Source: Octopus bimaculoides (taxonomy: Eukaryota). Taken from it: 64,000 nt of DNA. Each line of letters starts with the position of its first letter. The stretch's first letter is position 1. Below the pieces are notes generated by a model. That model did not search any database, had not been told where the DNA came from, and saw only the letters and a list, made by a program, of their open reading frames with translations. This document shows, piece after piece, positions 1 to 12,487 of this stretch. Location of the stretch: the NCBI RefSeq assembly GCF_001194135.2, contig NC_068984.1, positions 61,695,600 to 61,759,599 of the forward strand. Reading direction: 5' to 3'. The position numbers and the translations under genes were made by a program.

Positions 1-150
1 CCTCCGGTTTTTTGTTCTATGTGTGCCATAAATATCGCCATCCGTTCAGAGAAAAATTTGTAGTTTAGAATCAGTAGTTCTTTGACTGCTATTTCTAAAT
101 TTTCAGTTTGTTGGAGAAGCAACTCAATGCTAATCCCTGTATATTTATGT

Positions 151-211
151 AAATATATATATATATATATATATACATTCATATACAGAGAGAGAGAGAG
201 AGAGAAAGAGA

Positions 212-253
<42 letters not shown>

Positions 254-300
254 GCGAGAGAGAGAGAGAGAGAGATTGAGAGAGAGAGAGAGAGAGTGTG
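151..300. repeat. (TA)n then (GA)n microsatellite
   Basis: Directly visible dinucleotide runs; source of the ERER/SLSL ORFs. Confidence 0.95.
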
Positions 301-1872
301 AGAGAAATGCTAAAGTCAACAAACTTCCAGAATTACAACTTTTGGTGTGCCTTCTCAATGACGGACTATTGATAAAATATTGCACATGTAATGTTCAAGA
401 ATAGTTAGACACATAGTAGTATTGAACAGTATGATTGGGATCAGGAGATAACACGTAAAAAGGGGAAACTAAAGAGGGGACAGTCACGGTATAAAAAATA
501 CTTTCATCTAATTAAATTTAGATTTATTATGATTGAGACGCTTTTAATTCTTAGAGAAGTGCTTGAATCGAAACAAAATGGTAAAATGTGGTTTTATTTA
601 ATTAAAATGCTACTTATACGAACTACTTTTATTAGAAAAGAAATCGTTTGGAAATGGAATCTAAGGTCTAGGAAAATAACACCTATTTCATATGATACAT
701 GCTTGGCACCATCTGAGTATCGTTCTGAGGTTTACAGGAATATATCATCGGTGAATGGCTGCTAAAAAATGGTAACATTTCAGATATGTTAAATATACAT
801 TGGGAAGATTTCATGATACGTTTGGACGATTAGAAGGTTTGACAATACGCATTTTGTCACTAATTTTTTTTTATATACGTTTTTGTTACTGGTACGTCGG
901 CAAATTCATGTCTGCGCATCTACAGTGATAGTGGAATATATATATAATGTTTCTCGGGAATGAATTCGAATGTTCACTGCAATATATAAAACCTAGTTTA
1001 CTCATACTGTATCGGTCCACATAACATGCTTCGAAGCTTTGTTATACGAATTCTAACTTAATGTTGGTGCATGTTTACGAACATTTAATTGACGTAGGAG
1101 TGCCACTTAGTTCATTCTGGGTAAAGTTCGCTAAATGGCGTGAGTAGTATATGAAAACATTTTATGAAATTACTTTTGAATATTTTGTAGAACATTTAAT
1201 AAGATGCAGTATCTTTTAGCTCCGAATTATAGAATCGACTTTGGTTGATATGATGTCTTATTTTCCGTTTCTATTTCAGTAAGTTTGTGAGCTGTTGGAT
1301 GTTTTACATGACATAACTTTTTCGGGTAATTTGTTTCGTTCATGTGCATCATTGCAATGCTGTGGATGTAAACAATTTGGAAAAGTCATAGGGGTAAGGT
1401 TTTTTTTTATCTGCATTGTTTCAAATATATTATACGTTATAAGAAAAAAACAAAAGCAAAAAATCTCTTTATAATGGAGCAGTTTATTAGATTTTCCGTA
1501 AGAAGAGAGCTGCAAGCGGTCGAGGTTAAGTGCGTTATCGAGAAACTTGACGGTCATAAGGTTAGCCTAAAATGTAATTTCAAACGTTTAATTCGGTGAA
1601 TTAGTTTTGAATTTTGTTGCCTTAATCATTGTTAATTCACGGTTGAATTTAGGGATGAATATTTAAGTCTACTAATAAAGAATATAAGGCGATTTGGAAT
1701 GAAGATGGTTTAGGATATATATTCCAAAATTTACTCTAATTTACTCTAATATTTCGAAGCAATGATCTCACGCGAAAGAGATATGAACGCCTATTATTCA
1801 TGAGTTATAAAAATTGTTTGGAATAAATTTCCTTCCTTTTGAAATAACGATAACAACACCAGCAACAATAAT

Positions 1873-2167
1873 AAACGTTTTCCAATTTTGGCACAAAGCC
1901 AACAGTTTTGTTGATAGGGCTTCGTCAATCACGTCGACTCACTTGTTCAATTGGCACTTATTTTATCAATCCTGAAATGACAACACACAGAGCATCTCAA
2001 AGGAATTAGAGTTTAGGAAGAAACCTACTGGAAGAAATGCCGCTAAGCATTTTGTTTGACATGCTAACGATTATTACAGCTCGCCACCTTTAGTCATAAT
2101 TGCTTCAAAGTTGGGTACAAGGCCTGCAATGTTATTGAAGGTGAATAGTCGCTTACATCGATTCCAG
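1873..2167 (-). mobile_element. tRNA-derived SINE (family B) plus an adjacent second 3' fragment
   Basis: Reverse complement begins aaggtggcgagctgtaataatcgttagcatgtcaaacaaaatgcttagcggc; the same head/body recurs at 12270-12487, 18614-18790 and 45187-45303. Confidence 0.7.
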
Positions 2168-2931
2168 ATTTAAAAGTGATTTAAAACCGGAAATGGAGGC
2201 TCTAATCTGTGCTGCCCAAGAACAGGCACTAAGAACAAGCTACATGAAATACAGAGTAGACAAGACAGCAGAAAGTGATAAGAGCAGAATCTGCAGACAA
2301 AATGGTGAAAAAGTATGGCATATTACCAGCCAATATACGCCACTAGCCTAGAAGGAATATAAGAGACGTCACGACAATATAGCAAGGCTTGTCCATTGGA
2401 CACTTTGCAACAGGTATGGACTTGACAAAGAAAAAAATGATTGCTAGGACCACAAACCCGAAGGCATCATCCAAAATGATAAAGCAAAGATCCTGAGGGA
2501 TTTTATAATTCAGTGCGACCATGAGATAGAGAATAGGAAGCCAGACATAGTCTTAATTGAGAAAGAAAGTAAACGATGCTGGATCATAGATATAGCATGC
2601 CCAGCTGTCAACACGGTATGCGATAAGGAAGAAAGAAAAGTCGATAGATATCACCGGTTAGCTTGGGAAATGAAGCAGTTGTGGTGATGAAATAGGTAGT
2701 AGTAGTACCAATAATTGTCGGAGCCCTGGAAACAGTGAGTAAAATTCTCGAGAGTTACACGGAACAAATAGGGGCTGCAATATGTGTGGAGCAGTTGCAG
2801 AAGACAGTACTGCTTGGAAACGCTCGAATACTCCGGAAGGTGCTCGAAGATTAAGAGGTTTTACCTTAGTTCACTGGTAGTGAACAACTGACACCATAGT
2901 ACATCTCCAACATTAGAAGCTGTGTAAAGGC
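2168..2931 (+). mobile_element. R4/Dong-type non-LTR retrotransposon 3' end (zinc knuckle plus restriction-like endonuclease), inactivated
   Basis: Frame from 2181 reads LKPEMEALICAAQEQALRT...CRQNGEKVWHI...RRHDNIARLVHW...NRKPDIVLIEKESKRCWIIDIACP...VPIIVGAL...LLGNARILRKVLED* (stop 2852-2854), with internal stops and a frameshift; followed by a short UTR and (AAT)n. Confidence 0.85.
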
Positions 2932-3057
<126 letters not shown>

Positions 3058-3544
3058 ATGCATTCTAATTGATGTATCAATACTAGCAGATGACAACGTC
3101 TCTCTAAAAGAAATGGNNNNNNNNNNNNNNNNNNNNNNNNNNNNNNNNNNNNNNNNNNNNNNNNNNNNNNNNNNNNNNNNNNNNNNNNNNNNNNNNNNNN
3201 NNNNNNNNNNNNNNNNNNNNNNNNNNNNNNNNNNNNNNNNNNNNNNNNNNNNNNNNNNNNNNNNNNNNNNNNNNNNNNNNNNNNNNNNNNNNNNNNNNNN
3301 NNNNNNNNNNNNNNNNNNNNNNNNNNNNNNNNNNNNNNNNNNNNNNNNNNNNNNNNNNNNNNNNNNNNNNNNNNNNNNNNNNNNNNNNNNNNNNNNNNNN
3401 NNNNNNNNNNNNNNNNNNNNNNNNNNNNNNNNNNNNNNNNNNNNNNNNNNNNNNNNNNNNNNNNNNNNNNNNNNNNNNNNNNNNNNNNNNNNNNNNNNNN
3501 NNNNNNNNNNNNNNNNNNNNNNNNNNNNNNNNNNNNNNCTGAAT

Positions 3545-3545
3545 G

Positions 3546-3628
<83 letters not shown>
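3545..3628. repeat. (AAT)n microsatellite
   Basis: Direct. Confidence 0.95.
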
Positions 3629-4066
3629 TTTGTCTTGGTATAAAAGATGGGCTACAGCAAGCAGTCAGTTGTTTGACCTTAACCAGTTGAGAATGTACTT
3701 TGGTGACTGACGATATGTGCATATCTGCTCATGAGCAGAAGTAGTGGGGGAGCATCATAGCCATGTATTGAGAAGAATTCTCAGGGGTTTGAATAATTCA
3801 CCTTTGAAAACATGGATGTTTTGCTCAACATCCTTACACAAACCTTATCCAGGTTTGGGCTACTCGACCGGAAGATAATTCTAATCGGGCCCCACCTGCG
3901 AGGTCATGCGCTGTTTATCTTGATATGAGATCACCATGTCGCGCACATATGGTTGTTTTGCATATTCTTCGTGTACCCTTATCATACGGGTAGTCATGAT
4001 GGGCATAATGGGCTTCGTATATTTTACCCCAGTATCATTTTGATGGCATGCACTGCTCTGTCACTC
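3629..4066. mobile_element. ~440-bp non-coding interspersed element embedded in (AAT)n
   Basis: GC-richer block bounded on both sides by (AAT)n; no ORF; resembles a repeat I recall as abundant in octopus. Confidence 0.5.
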
Positions 4067-4111
<45 letters not shown>

Positions 4112-4113
<2 letters not shown>

Positions 4114-4411
4114 CTGGAAATAGAGGTAACTCGAATGTGGAATCTAAAAACAGAAACAATTCCTATCATAGTAGGTGCTTTAGGTATAATAAAAAAATAT
4201 TCAGACAAATACATAACAAAAACACCAGGACTTGCAAATATATATAACATACAGAAAATTGTACTACTGGGCACTGCACACATCCTACGCAAAACACTTT
4301 CAATACAGTAACCATAAGAGTATCACAGCAAACCACAGCACATACCCAAGGCACACAGAGCTGCGCTTGGTAGTGAAGTGAAAGCACGTTATAAAAATAA
4401 AACTACTGAAC
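4112..4411 (+). mobile_element. R4/Dong-type LINE, 5'-truncated 3' end (second family)
   Basis: YLEIEVTRMWNLKTETIPIIVGALGIIKKYSDKYITKTPGLANIYNIQKIVLLGTAHILRKTLSIQ* (stop 4309-4311), then a 3' UTR and (AAT)n; starts inside (AAT)n. Confidence 0.85.
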
Positions 4412-4476
4412 AATAATAATAATAACACCATTGAGAAATACATTTGGAATGAGAACCCAGTTTGAAATTTCCCTAA

Positions 4477-4522
4477 GACACCTGATGAAGGCTGGAGGTT
4501 ATACCAGCCAAAAAGTTGTGTT
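4477..4522 (+). ncRNA. Minimal type-I hammerhead ribozyme motif, decayed
   Basis: GACAC-CTGATGA-A-GGCTGG(aggttata)CCAGCC-AAAA-AG-TT-GTGTT: stem I ACAC/GTGT, 6-bp stem II; GAAAC is mutated to AAAAA. Confidence 0.7.
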
Positions 4523-6101
4523 AACAACAGACAAGATGAGGACAAATATCCTTCAAATGTGGATAATTTAAATAATGTTTAAAAAATATTGATATTGGGG
4601 TAAAACTTATTTCTTTTAAGTTCAAATTTTCTCCCGAATTCATTTATCATAAAATTTAGTTCATTGCTTTGTCATCGGACGGAATATCTCGTCAAAATTG
4701 TGTTCGAATGAGTTGTGTGGAATAGAAGCTTTGACTTAAATCCAAAGTTTGAAATCTGTTTCTAGTTTTCGCTGCATTCATCAAAGGCAAGTCCTCTCCG
4801 TGTCATTTCTTTTATTTAAATTTAAGTTTCAATGAGAATGACGATAACTTTAGTAGCAAGTTTGAGTTGGTTTTTCTTGATATTTTACGTAATATGAGAT
4901 ATATTGCCTAAAATGTTTTACTAAAGCAATCATAGTGATAGCAAAGTTCTTGTATAGTAAAATGCAATCACTAACGAAGGTAAAAACGAATTAACAATGA
5001 AAGTAGAATAAAATAGATATTTATTGAATGAACAAAAATGGAGAACTACAATTTATATAATATTAACACTAGAATCATTAGATTATAATGAGGTATCTTT
5101 CCTGAAAGTTGCATACGAAATGTCAGTTAGAAGTTGGTGACAATAGTTTTGTGGGGGTGAAGTGAAAGCAGTAGAACGTTAAGTATAGTGGATTCGAGAT
5201 GAAGTAGGAAGAGATGACAATCTAAATATCAAGATACACGAGATGGAATTAATCAGTCAATGAATGGTTATCTTGCTTTCGGTTGATCAAAACTGTGATG
5301 CACTTTTATTTGCAAATATCATTTGAAAGGGGAAATATCTTACAGTGATTGCTACAAGATATGATAGTCTGCTTGAATTATCGGAAACTTGTAGATAATT
5401 CATGAATACAAATAGACTTAAGTTCTATTTAAAGACAGATGGGGAAGAGAGTGGTGGAGAAGATGTGAAAATTATTCTTGAACACAAAAATGTGAAGCAT
5501 GTAAAGCCATTGGAACTTATTACAAATTTCAGGGATACATATTGTTCTCCGTTTAATGTCATAGTTTACCTTTATTTCCGATGTTCAAAATGGAAATATC
5601 ATTTTCAACGTACCATGAAAAGACTGAATTCGAAGTTAAACAGATGGATTAGTAAGAAATAATACTGGTATTTAATATAGTGAACTACATAAAGTTTGTA
5701 CAAATGCATTTAATCACATGGGCATTCATTGCATTTACCAATATGAACACTTTTTTAATAATTTGCATTTGAACATTTAAATTAACATCTCTCCGTCTCT
5801 ATTTCACATTCAGTTTTTCTTCTCTCGTAAATATGTGCAACATTTTTCTAATTATTAGCGACAGCTTCTACTAACTTCCGTATCACTTTCTCCCAATCTT
5901 AAATATTTCATAACTGACATTACATATTATATATTTTATCAGTAATTCCTAATTACAATTTGCTGATTGAATACATGAAACTGCAAATGTAAAAGTTATG
6001 TATCTTTACTTAACTTTGGTATTGAGTTCATTGTTACCTTGTTGCTTGTACATTGCTACCATAACATTATAGCTACCTGATCGATCCCTCTCTATATATA
6101 A

Positions 6102-6115
6102 ACACACACACACGC

Positions 6116-6160
<45 letters not shown>
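6102..6160. repeat. (CA)n microsatellite
   Basis: Direct. Confidence 0.95.
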
Positions 6161-6163
<3 letters not shown>

Positions 6164-6299
6164 GAACACACGTATGAGTGTGCATGTGTGTGCCAAGAAG
6201 CTTGTTTCAAAACCATAACAATGCAAGTACTAAAAATTAAAATAAGTCAATAACCTACAATTATGCTTTATATTATATTTCAATATTTGCGGCTTAAGA

Positions 6300-6960
6300 C
6301 CGCTGCTTTTTCGGGGAATAGAAATCAGAAATTTAGTGTTGCAACCTAGCTTTTGTGCTCTGATGTGTGTGTATGTGTAGGGGACTTGCGCAGGGCAGTA
6401 TTGTTACATTAGCTAATCTGCAATGTGCAGGTCAGTTTTGTTGTTATCAAGCGGCTTGTTTTTTTAGCAAATAAGGATGGGTATTTTTCCTTTCAGGCTC
6501 CGATCGGTGGCATCAGTCTAGACTTGGATGTCTTAGGTGTGGTAATTCTGTAGCTTCATTTTTAAAGAGGTATTCTTTACTCTGGATGTGCACTTCTCTA
6601 ATATATTCCTCTAATATAAAAGTAATTTCATATACCACTTGTGATTTATATACACGATATTTCGGAGGTTAAGTCCCTTTCATCAGGAAAACATGGGAGA
6701 TATAATGTTGGGAACTAGATTTTCTGCTCATTAGTTTGTGTATATAGAGGCTAGGCGCCCTAGATAACACTATCATAACGGACAATCAATTGTGTATAGC
6801 ACAGTTATGTTGTTAATACGGATTTAGACTTATTAATGAGGATTGCTTCTTTTATTCTTAGGTTTGTAATGTTCCATTCTGTGGTGTTAGTGGACACCTC
6901 GATGTTTTCGCTGTGGTATTTCCGTAGGCGATTTTTAACGGAGGAAATATCAACGTAGTA
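6300..6960 (-). mobile_element. Penelope-like element relic (GIY-YIG C-terminus plus pLTR-like tail)
   Basis: ORF end SSVKNRLRKYHSENI...TNLRIKEAILINKSKSVLT* resembles the L-x-I-x-EA-x-x-I GIY-YIG C-terminus; a hammerhead core lies about 120 nt past the stop; left boundary approximate. Confidence 0.5.
6645..6693 (-). ncRNA. Hammerhead-like core, decayed (Penelope-associated)
   Basis: Minus strand: CTGATGA-AAG-GGA(cttaacc)TCC-GAAA-TAT(cgtgt)ATAT-A; stem I does not pair. Confidence 0.45.
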
Positions 6961-7468
6961 GTGTCCTTTAATGTCGATGTGCACTCGTCGTATGCGTGCA
7001 TGCATATGTGGGTGCATAATTGTATACTCAAACGCTTTTGTATGTCTGTGAAGGTGCATGCATGTACTTACGTATATAAATGTATGTTGGCAAATGTAAG
7101 TAAAGTGATATATACGTATATAGGATTGTATGAGTGTTTGTTTACGGGTAGTTAAGTTTTTACAACTATTGCATGCTCAACAACATCTAGCCATTTCATC
7201 TACTAATAAATCCTGAATAAATTATCATAGTTGTTTGTTGCGTTAGTGTCATGTGATTATATTTTGTGCCTAAAAAAGAAGGCTGACACGGTTGAGTGAG
7301 CGTGTTTAGCTAAAATCAAGGCACTCCACATTTAATCTGTCTGGTGGGAGAGTGGACAGAAGTATTTGCATGTGACCCAGTGGCTAAAGGTATTTAGCTG
7401 TGTAGGTTCTTCATTTTAAATGGAAGAATGAATTTTGTATGTGAATAGTTATTTGTGGATGTACTCTG

Positions 7469-7950
7469 TTAAAGTTTGCTAAGTCTTGATTTATAATTCT
7501 GTATGAAACTATTTTCTTTGTTTATCTGTGATTCATCTGTGGTATTCGCTGAACATAGGTAAAGTGGGAAGACCTGGAATTTGGGAGTCTTATTTTTTGC
7601 ACATATATCTGTGTCCGGTCAGAGGAATCTGTCTAGTACTGGGTTCTCGTGTTTGTTGTCGGTGAATAGTCATTCTATTTCTATGAGTAAGCTTTGGTTG
7701 ACCTATTTAATCTTCATTACATCATTGGCATTTCATAGCGTATATTAAGTTTCTTGAAGAACAGGTAAAGCGATTTTTTACGGTAAATATCTGTCCTTAC
7801 GTTAAACATCTGTCCTTACGGTAAAACTCTGTACGCTGTGTTTTCAATAAGGTTGATGCAGGTCCCGCAGCTTAGAAGGTGTTTGATGTGTTATAGTTTA
7901 GGTACTGAATTTCTTATCTTCCTTGAATATCCTGACTATAAATTTCGCTT
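7469..7950 (-). mobile_element. Penelope-like element GIY-YIG endonuclease relic (second family)
   Basis: CGTCINLIE...FTCSSRNLIYAMKCQ*CNED*IGQ...RMTIHRQQTREPSTRQIPLTGH/DICAKNKTPKFQVFPLY...KENSFIQNYKSRLSKL*: CxxC motif plus LIY...(Y)IG motif. Confidence 0.8.
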
Positions 7951-10503
7951 TAGCTTCTTTCACTCTATCTTTATTTTACTGATAAAATAAAAATATCTTT
8001 CTTTTCTTAATTGGTCTCTATAGAATGTTCTCTTAAATTTACACACATTCTTGCAAAACTGTGTGAATTTTAGGTTTGTATACACCTATGGATTAATTCT
8101 CTCTTGTCCCCTGAAATGTTTGTGTTTCAATGTGATAATGTAATCGTCTGCTCAATGGATATCGCACAGCATTATTTTTTGCAAGTGAAACAGGTGTAAA
8201 GATTATGAAATTTGTTGTTAAAATAAATGATACAATAAATTTCTATTGTATTCTGATCTCATATATATGTGTGTGTGCGTACCTGTGTGTGCTGTGTGTG
8301 TGCGTGCGTATGTGCGATTGTTGTGCATGTGTATACACATAAATACAAATGTCTATATACATACATACATACATACACAATATATATATACATCGTAGAT
8401 ATTGCCGATGGATGGCTGTTCGTAGTTGCAGCAGCAGAAAGCTTGATGACTGAGGTAGATTTTCTCATTTAGTCTACTTCTTCCATATTAATTGAAATAT
8501 GTTATTGTTGAGTTGTGTAATCGGTGTAATCGCTAAACGTATATAAGGAAGAAACCATAAAGTTTGATTGCATCTCATTTGCCTGTGTCGATATGTTAAT
8601 CGACTTGACTTGTATTTGTCTGCATTTTCGTATTATAGTTTCCGATCTACTCTGAGACATGCATTGCTTTATGGATCGTAAAGTTACTCCAATGTAATGT
8701 ACTTCACATTCTGATTATATATTTGCGTTTATTAGGTTTCACTAAGATACCTTTGGCTTTTGTAGATGTATAGCTTTTATAAATATTTCATTGTCTTGGA
8801 GTGTCTTCTGCAATCTATGTCGGTATATAGTTGAAGACATCGGTTGAGAAAAGTGCCCTTTCTCAGTGACTGTATGTTTTAGGATATGGTGTTTTAGAAT
8901 TTGTCATCTAAACCGAATTCTGAGAGGAGCCAAATATATATCATTTTGAAAAGGAAAATCAGCTCAAATCAACCGATTCAAATGTTAACGTGGGCCAAAC
9001 TTCACATAAAATCAACAGAACCAACAATATTAAAATGCGGAATATCCAACTGTGGTTTATGCTTTCAAACGATGTAATTCGCTTTGTAAAAATGGTAACT
9101 GTTCAGAATAACAAAATAACTTCGTCTGCACTTATGCAAACTATATCTATGAAATTACATACTCAGGGTGTACAGCGAGAGACACATAGGGAAAATCAGA
9201 ATGTTCTTAAGAGTGCTCATGACTCTTGCATAGATCCCAAATTCGAATACTGGAGTCAGTGAAAATACACTCACAAACACCGGTAAGAAACAATCGAATC
9301 ATAGGAACTTCCTCTGATATCAATTTGCCGATGGCACATAGTAATAGCAGCACATCAACAATGAAACAACTTTCATAACTAAATATCGATCACCTCTAAG
9401 CACTGTGCAAAAGATAGACCGACTAATACTAATATTTCATGTAAAGATAAATAAATAACTTTATAGAAAACATCTATATTACTGACATGTTTAAGGTTCA
9501 TTTCTTCTCAGTGAATAATTTTCCTTGAACGTATTGGTTTGATATATATATACATATATGCAACCAACTAATTCTCTTAAATTAGCCTCGGGCAATTCCC
9601 ATATAAAGCATCTCCCCTTTAAATTGTTTTCCATTATTTGCTTAAGCTGTATATCCGTTGTTTATAATTTTATCTATCACTATAGACATTATTTTAATAT
9701 CTTTGGTATTTTTATCATTACATGTAACATACGATTCCGGTTGTATCGTATAAATAAGTAAGGAATTTCAGCCTAGCCTTCTTTGAATGAAGCTTTTGTG
9801 TGCGAAATGCCCTTGGCCATGAGATTCTAAATGCACTATAGAAATTTGAAGAATCGAGAAAGCGTATGAAGATTTAAATGATAGCACTTGAAATACTCAT
9901 AAATTAATGCATTTGCTGAAGTATTTGTTGATGTTGAAAGTATACACAACAGTAGTAAAGTTAGTGTTAATAACCTTGTTTGAGTGAAGATATTTGTAGT
10001 GATGAATGACTGGGTGGTGAAAATTATAATACATCTACTAGTTCTAATATTAATGGTGATGCTGATGTGAATAGTGATTTCAATCGCTCTGACATTTGTT
10101 TTCGCGATAAAGACAATTTCAATGGTTACGGTTAGAATGTGGTGTCGGAGAAGGTGAGGATAACTTTGCTACTTCTGCCGCATGATGTTGGTTATTAATG
10201 ACAATGGTGATAATGATGATGATGGTACAAAGATAAGGATTTTATTCAAGCCTCTATTCATAGGTATGATGTCGCAGGTGCATGAGAGCTAATTTTATCA
10301 TTATTAAATTGTTTGTGGGGTTTCAATAAAACCCCAGTTCTATCTACAGAAATTTACAAGTAGTAAATTTCCATACACACAAACGAATACACGCAGGCGT
10401 AAACACACATATACACACGCACGTGGCACACGCAAGACACACGTACATGAGTGTATGTGCATATATATATATATACATACACACACATATTTATATATAT
10501 ATA

Positions 10504-11357
10504 GTAGCTGACTTACCCGGTAATTCCCGGGAAAGCGAGGTTTATCCCTTCGTTCAGTTCTCATAACCGTTTCGCCAGTCCAATAACAACAATACAAAAT
10601 ATATAGCCCTTAAAACGATTTTTGTCCATTTACAGAGAGTACCGAACTGTCTTTGACAAGATTTTTAAGGGATTCCCGATAAGTTCTCAATACCCATACT
10701 GGGAAGTCAGTTATGTAATAACATGAAATTAGTTACCCGATTGTAAGAATTCAAATAATGTATCTCCGAAAAAGGTTTAATGGGTTCCTATTGTATATAG
10801 AACTTACGAGGAAATACTAATAAAGTATGTATGCTAAAACTGTGAAGCATGTTACCTAATAATAAGCTAATTAGATATGAAATAATAACAATTCAAAGTA
10901 AATTACTCTGAAAAGGACTTTTGTGCGTTCCCGGGATTACCCTCAGCGGCGCTAGTGTTGGTATATTCGTGAATAAGTCATTAACCGAAATAAGTGGACC
11001 TATGTTAAGAAAATACTATTTACTTGTTTAAGTGTTGTACTGGATAAATTGCGAAAATAAATCTAACATTTCAAATACTAAGAAATACTCAATTTAATTT
11101 ATGCCAAGTAATTTTGGAAAATGAATATATTGTTTCTTTTGGCTATATACAAGGATCCCTTCCAGGGGCGAATGAGTTATTACTCTTCCAGGGGGCCTAT
11201 TATCGATTTGTTCAGCAATCTGAGTATGCCGTGAGGTTTTCACACATGAGTCCTACTTACGTGGCAAGTATCCTCAAAATCAATACAACGATGTAGGAGG
11301 AGTTAGATAACAACTCCAGAAACACCAACACACAGATTTTCCTACATAGGTAGTAGG
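10504..11357 (-). mobile_element. Non-autonomous Helitron (same family as 26506-27293)
   Basis: Minus 3' end CCCGG-gaatta-CCGGG hairpin then cagCTAC|T; 5' end cctactacctatgtaggaaaatctgtg matches the 5' end of the 26506 copy. Confidence 0.7.
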
Positions 11358-11377
11358 TATACATATATACATACATG

Positions 11378-11378
<1 letters not shown>

Positions 11379-11440
<62 letters not shown>
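11379..11440. repeat. (CA)n/(TA)n microsatellite
   Basis: Direct. Confidence 0.95.
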
Positions 11441-11441
<1 letters not shown>

Positions 11442-12269
11442 ATTTTTACCCGTCTCCTCTTCTATCTTTTCTCTTGTCAAAGACAACATTCCATTTCCTC
11501 AGCGTTCGCTACCTTACCTCGTCTGGCCTAACGGTCTTCCATGCTTGTTTTCGTTTGGTTTGTTTTATGATTCCACTGTCTTGTTTTGTTACGAAATTTG
11601 ACCATCCGCAAATCTTAAATTTTATTTTGGTTCGCGGGAGCAACTACCTTTTCGAAGCCTCATATTGGCGTTAATTGCTCGAAATGAGGAGTAGATGGAC
11701 AGCTGACAACTGATGAAGGGTCGTGTTTCATGCTACTTGTCGTATTTTCCATTTGTTTCTCTCGTTGTTATCATAGCAATGTTTGTTTTGGTATTTCATG
11801 TTGTTTACGCTTTGTGATGTCCGTACCCATATATGCATATATACATATATATATATATGTACGTATATACATATACATATATATGTATATATANNNNNNN
11901 NNNNNNNNNNNNNNNNNNNNNNNNNNNNNNNNNNNNNNNNNNNNNNNNNNNNNNNNNNNNNNNNNNNNNNNNNNNNNNNTTATACTGTTATATATATATA
12001 CATATATATATACATATATATTTACACACATATATTTCCACATGTACATACACACATGTATAAACAGAAAGAGAGCGAAAGAGAGAGAGAGAGAGAGGGA
12101 ATAGATAGATAATTATACATATATATGTATGTCTGAAAGAATTTATTCTACTGTTCAGAATAGTATTGTCATTGTGATTTCATATTTAGCAAATTCAGAA
12201 AGTTCTAGCCTAACTTGGCCTAATCATGAACATTTTGTCATGACCGAATGACCTATGAATGCTTGCATA

Positions 12270-12487
12270 ACATTGGTTTAAAATTTTTGGCACACGTCCA
12301 ACAATTTCCGGGTGTGGATACGTTGATTATATTGACTCTAGTGCTCAACTGATGCATAATTTAACTACTTCGAAATGATAAATCGCAAAGTCGACCTCGG
12401 TAGATATAAACTCAGAAGGTAAAGACTAAAGAAATGCCACCAAGCACTTTACCCGCCGTGCTAAAAACTCTGCAACCTCACAACCTT
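12270..12487 (-). mobile_element. SINE family B, degenerate
   Basis: gcaaagtcgacctcgg...aactcagaa...aagcacttt...cgtgctaa matches the other family B copies. Confidence 0.6.

Noticed and set aside
8450-8470. let-7-like TGAGGTAG
   Set aside because: Seed match only; no mature sequence or hairpin
11640-11760. CTGATGA at 11710 with nearby hairpins as a hammerhead
   Set aside because: No stem II closure or GAAA partner; probably part of an unrelated dispersed repeat
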